Below, in pieces: positions 63,821 to 64,000 of a stretch of 64,000 nt of DNA. Source of the DNA: Bdellovibrio sp. (GTDB taxonomy: Bacteria > Bdellovibrionota > Bdellovibrionia > Bdellovibrionales > Bdellovibrionaceae); contig JAKFCY010000002.1 of the NCBI GenBank assembly GCA_036676395.1, forward strand, positions 2,240,001 to 2,304,000. The letters run 5' to 3'. Position numbers and translations under genes: made by a program. The notes under the pieces are model-generated. The model searched no databases, was not told the origin of the DNA, and saw only the letters and a list, made by a program, of their open reading frames with translations. The stretch's first letter is position 1. Every line of letters begins with the position of its first letter.

Positions 63821-64000
63821 CTACTCGATGATTTCAACAACTACGCCGGCACCAACAGTACGGCCACCCTCACGGATAGCAAAACGTAAAGATTGTTCCA
63901 TAGCGATTGGAGTGATTAACTCAACGTTAATCTCAACTTTATCACCTGGCATAACCATTTCAGTTCCAGCTTTAAGAGTTACAACACCCGTAACATCTGT
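63821..64000 (-). CDS. tuf: Elongation factor Tu, 3' end (truncated by window edge)
   Basis: TDVTG...EMVMPGD...[20 protein letters not shown]. Confidence 0.97.
   Translation of the reverse strand, partial: TDVTGVVTLKAGTEMVMPGDKVEINVELITPIAMEQSLRFAIREGGRTVGAGVVVEIIE

Overview
AT-rich bacterial chromosome window, most likely from a Bdellovibrionota (Bdellovibrio/Pseudobdellovibrio-like) organism; this is inferred from gene content and protein style and not verified. 1-3.9 kb holds envelope genes (UPF0104-type protein, TIGR03546/TIGR03545 pair, a secreted protein). About 4.0-29.6 kb is a coherent anoxia/nitric-oxide island: nrdDG, two Crp/Fnr regulators, HiPIP, resB, a PLP decarboxylase, hemN/hemY, hemerythrin, norCBQD, nirK fused to cytochrome c, FGE-domain, SCO and nnrS genes, and a korAB-acyl-CoA dehydrogenase operon. 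Six intergenic palindromes ATGAY-N4-RTCAT (a variant FNR/DNR box) tie this island together. They sit in class II (-41.5) promoter geometry, and in three cases the predicted +1 is exactly the A of the start codon, implying leaderless mRNAs. 30.5-64 kb is the minus-strand core cluster (tuf-trnW-secE-nusG-rplKAJL, rpoBC, str, S10, spc and alpha operons) with oddities: no rplX, a divergent and transcriptionally uncoupled fusA, and four genes including a Rof homolog inserted between rplL and rpoB. No CRISPR, integrase or transposase was seen.
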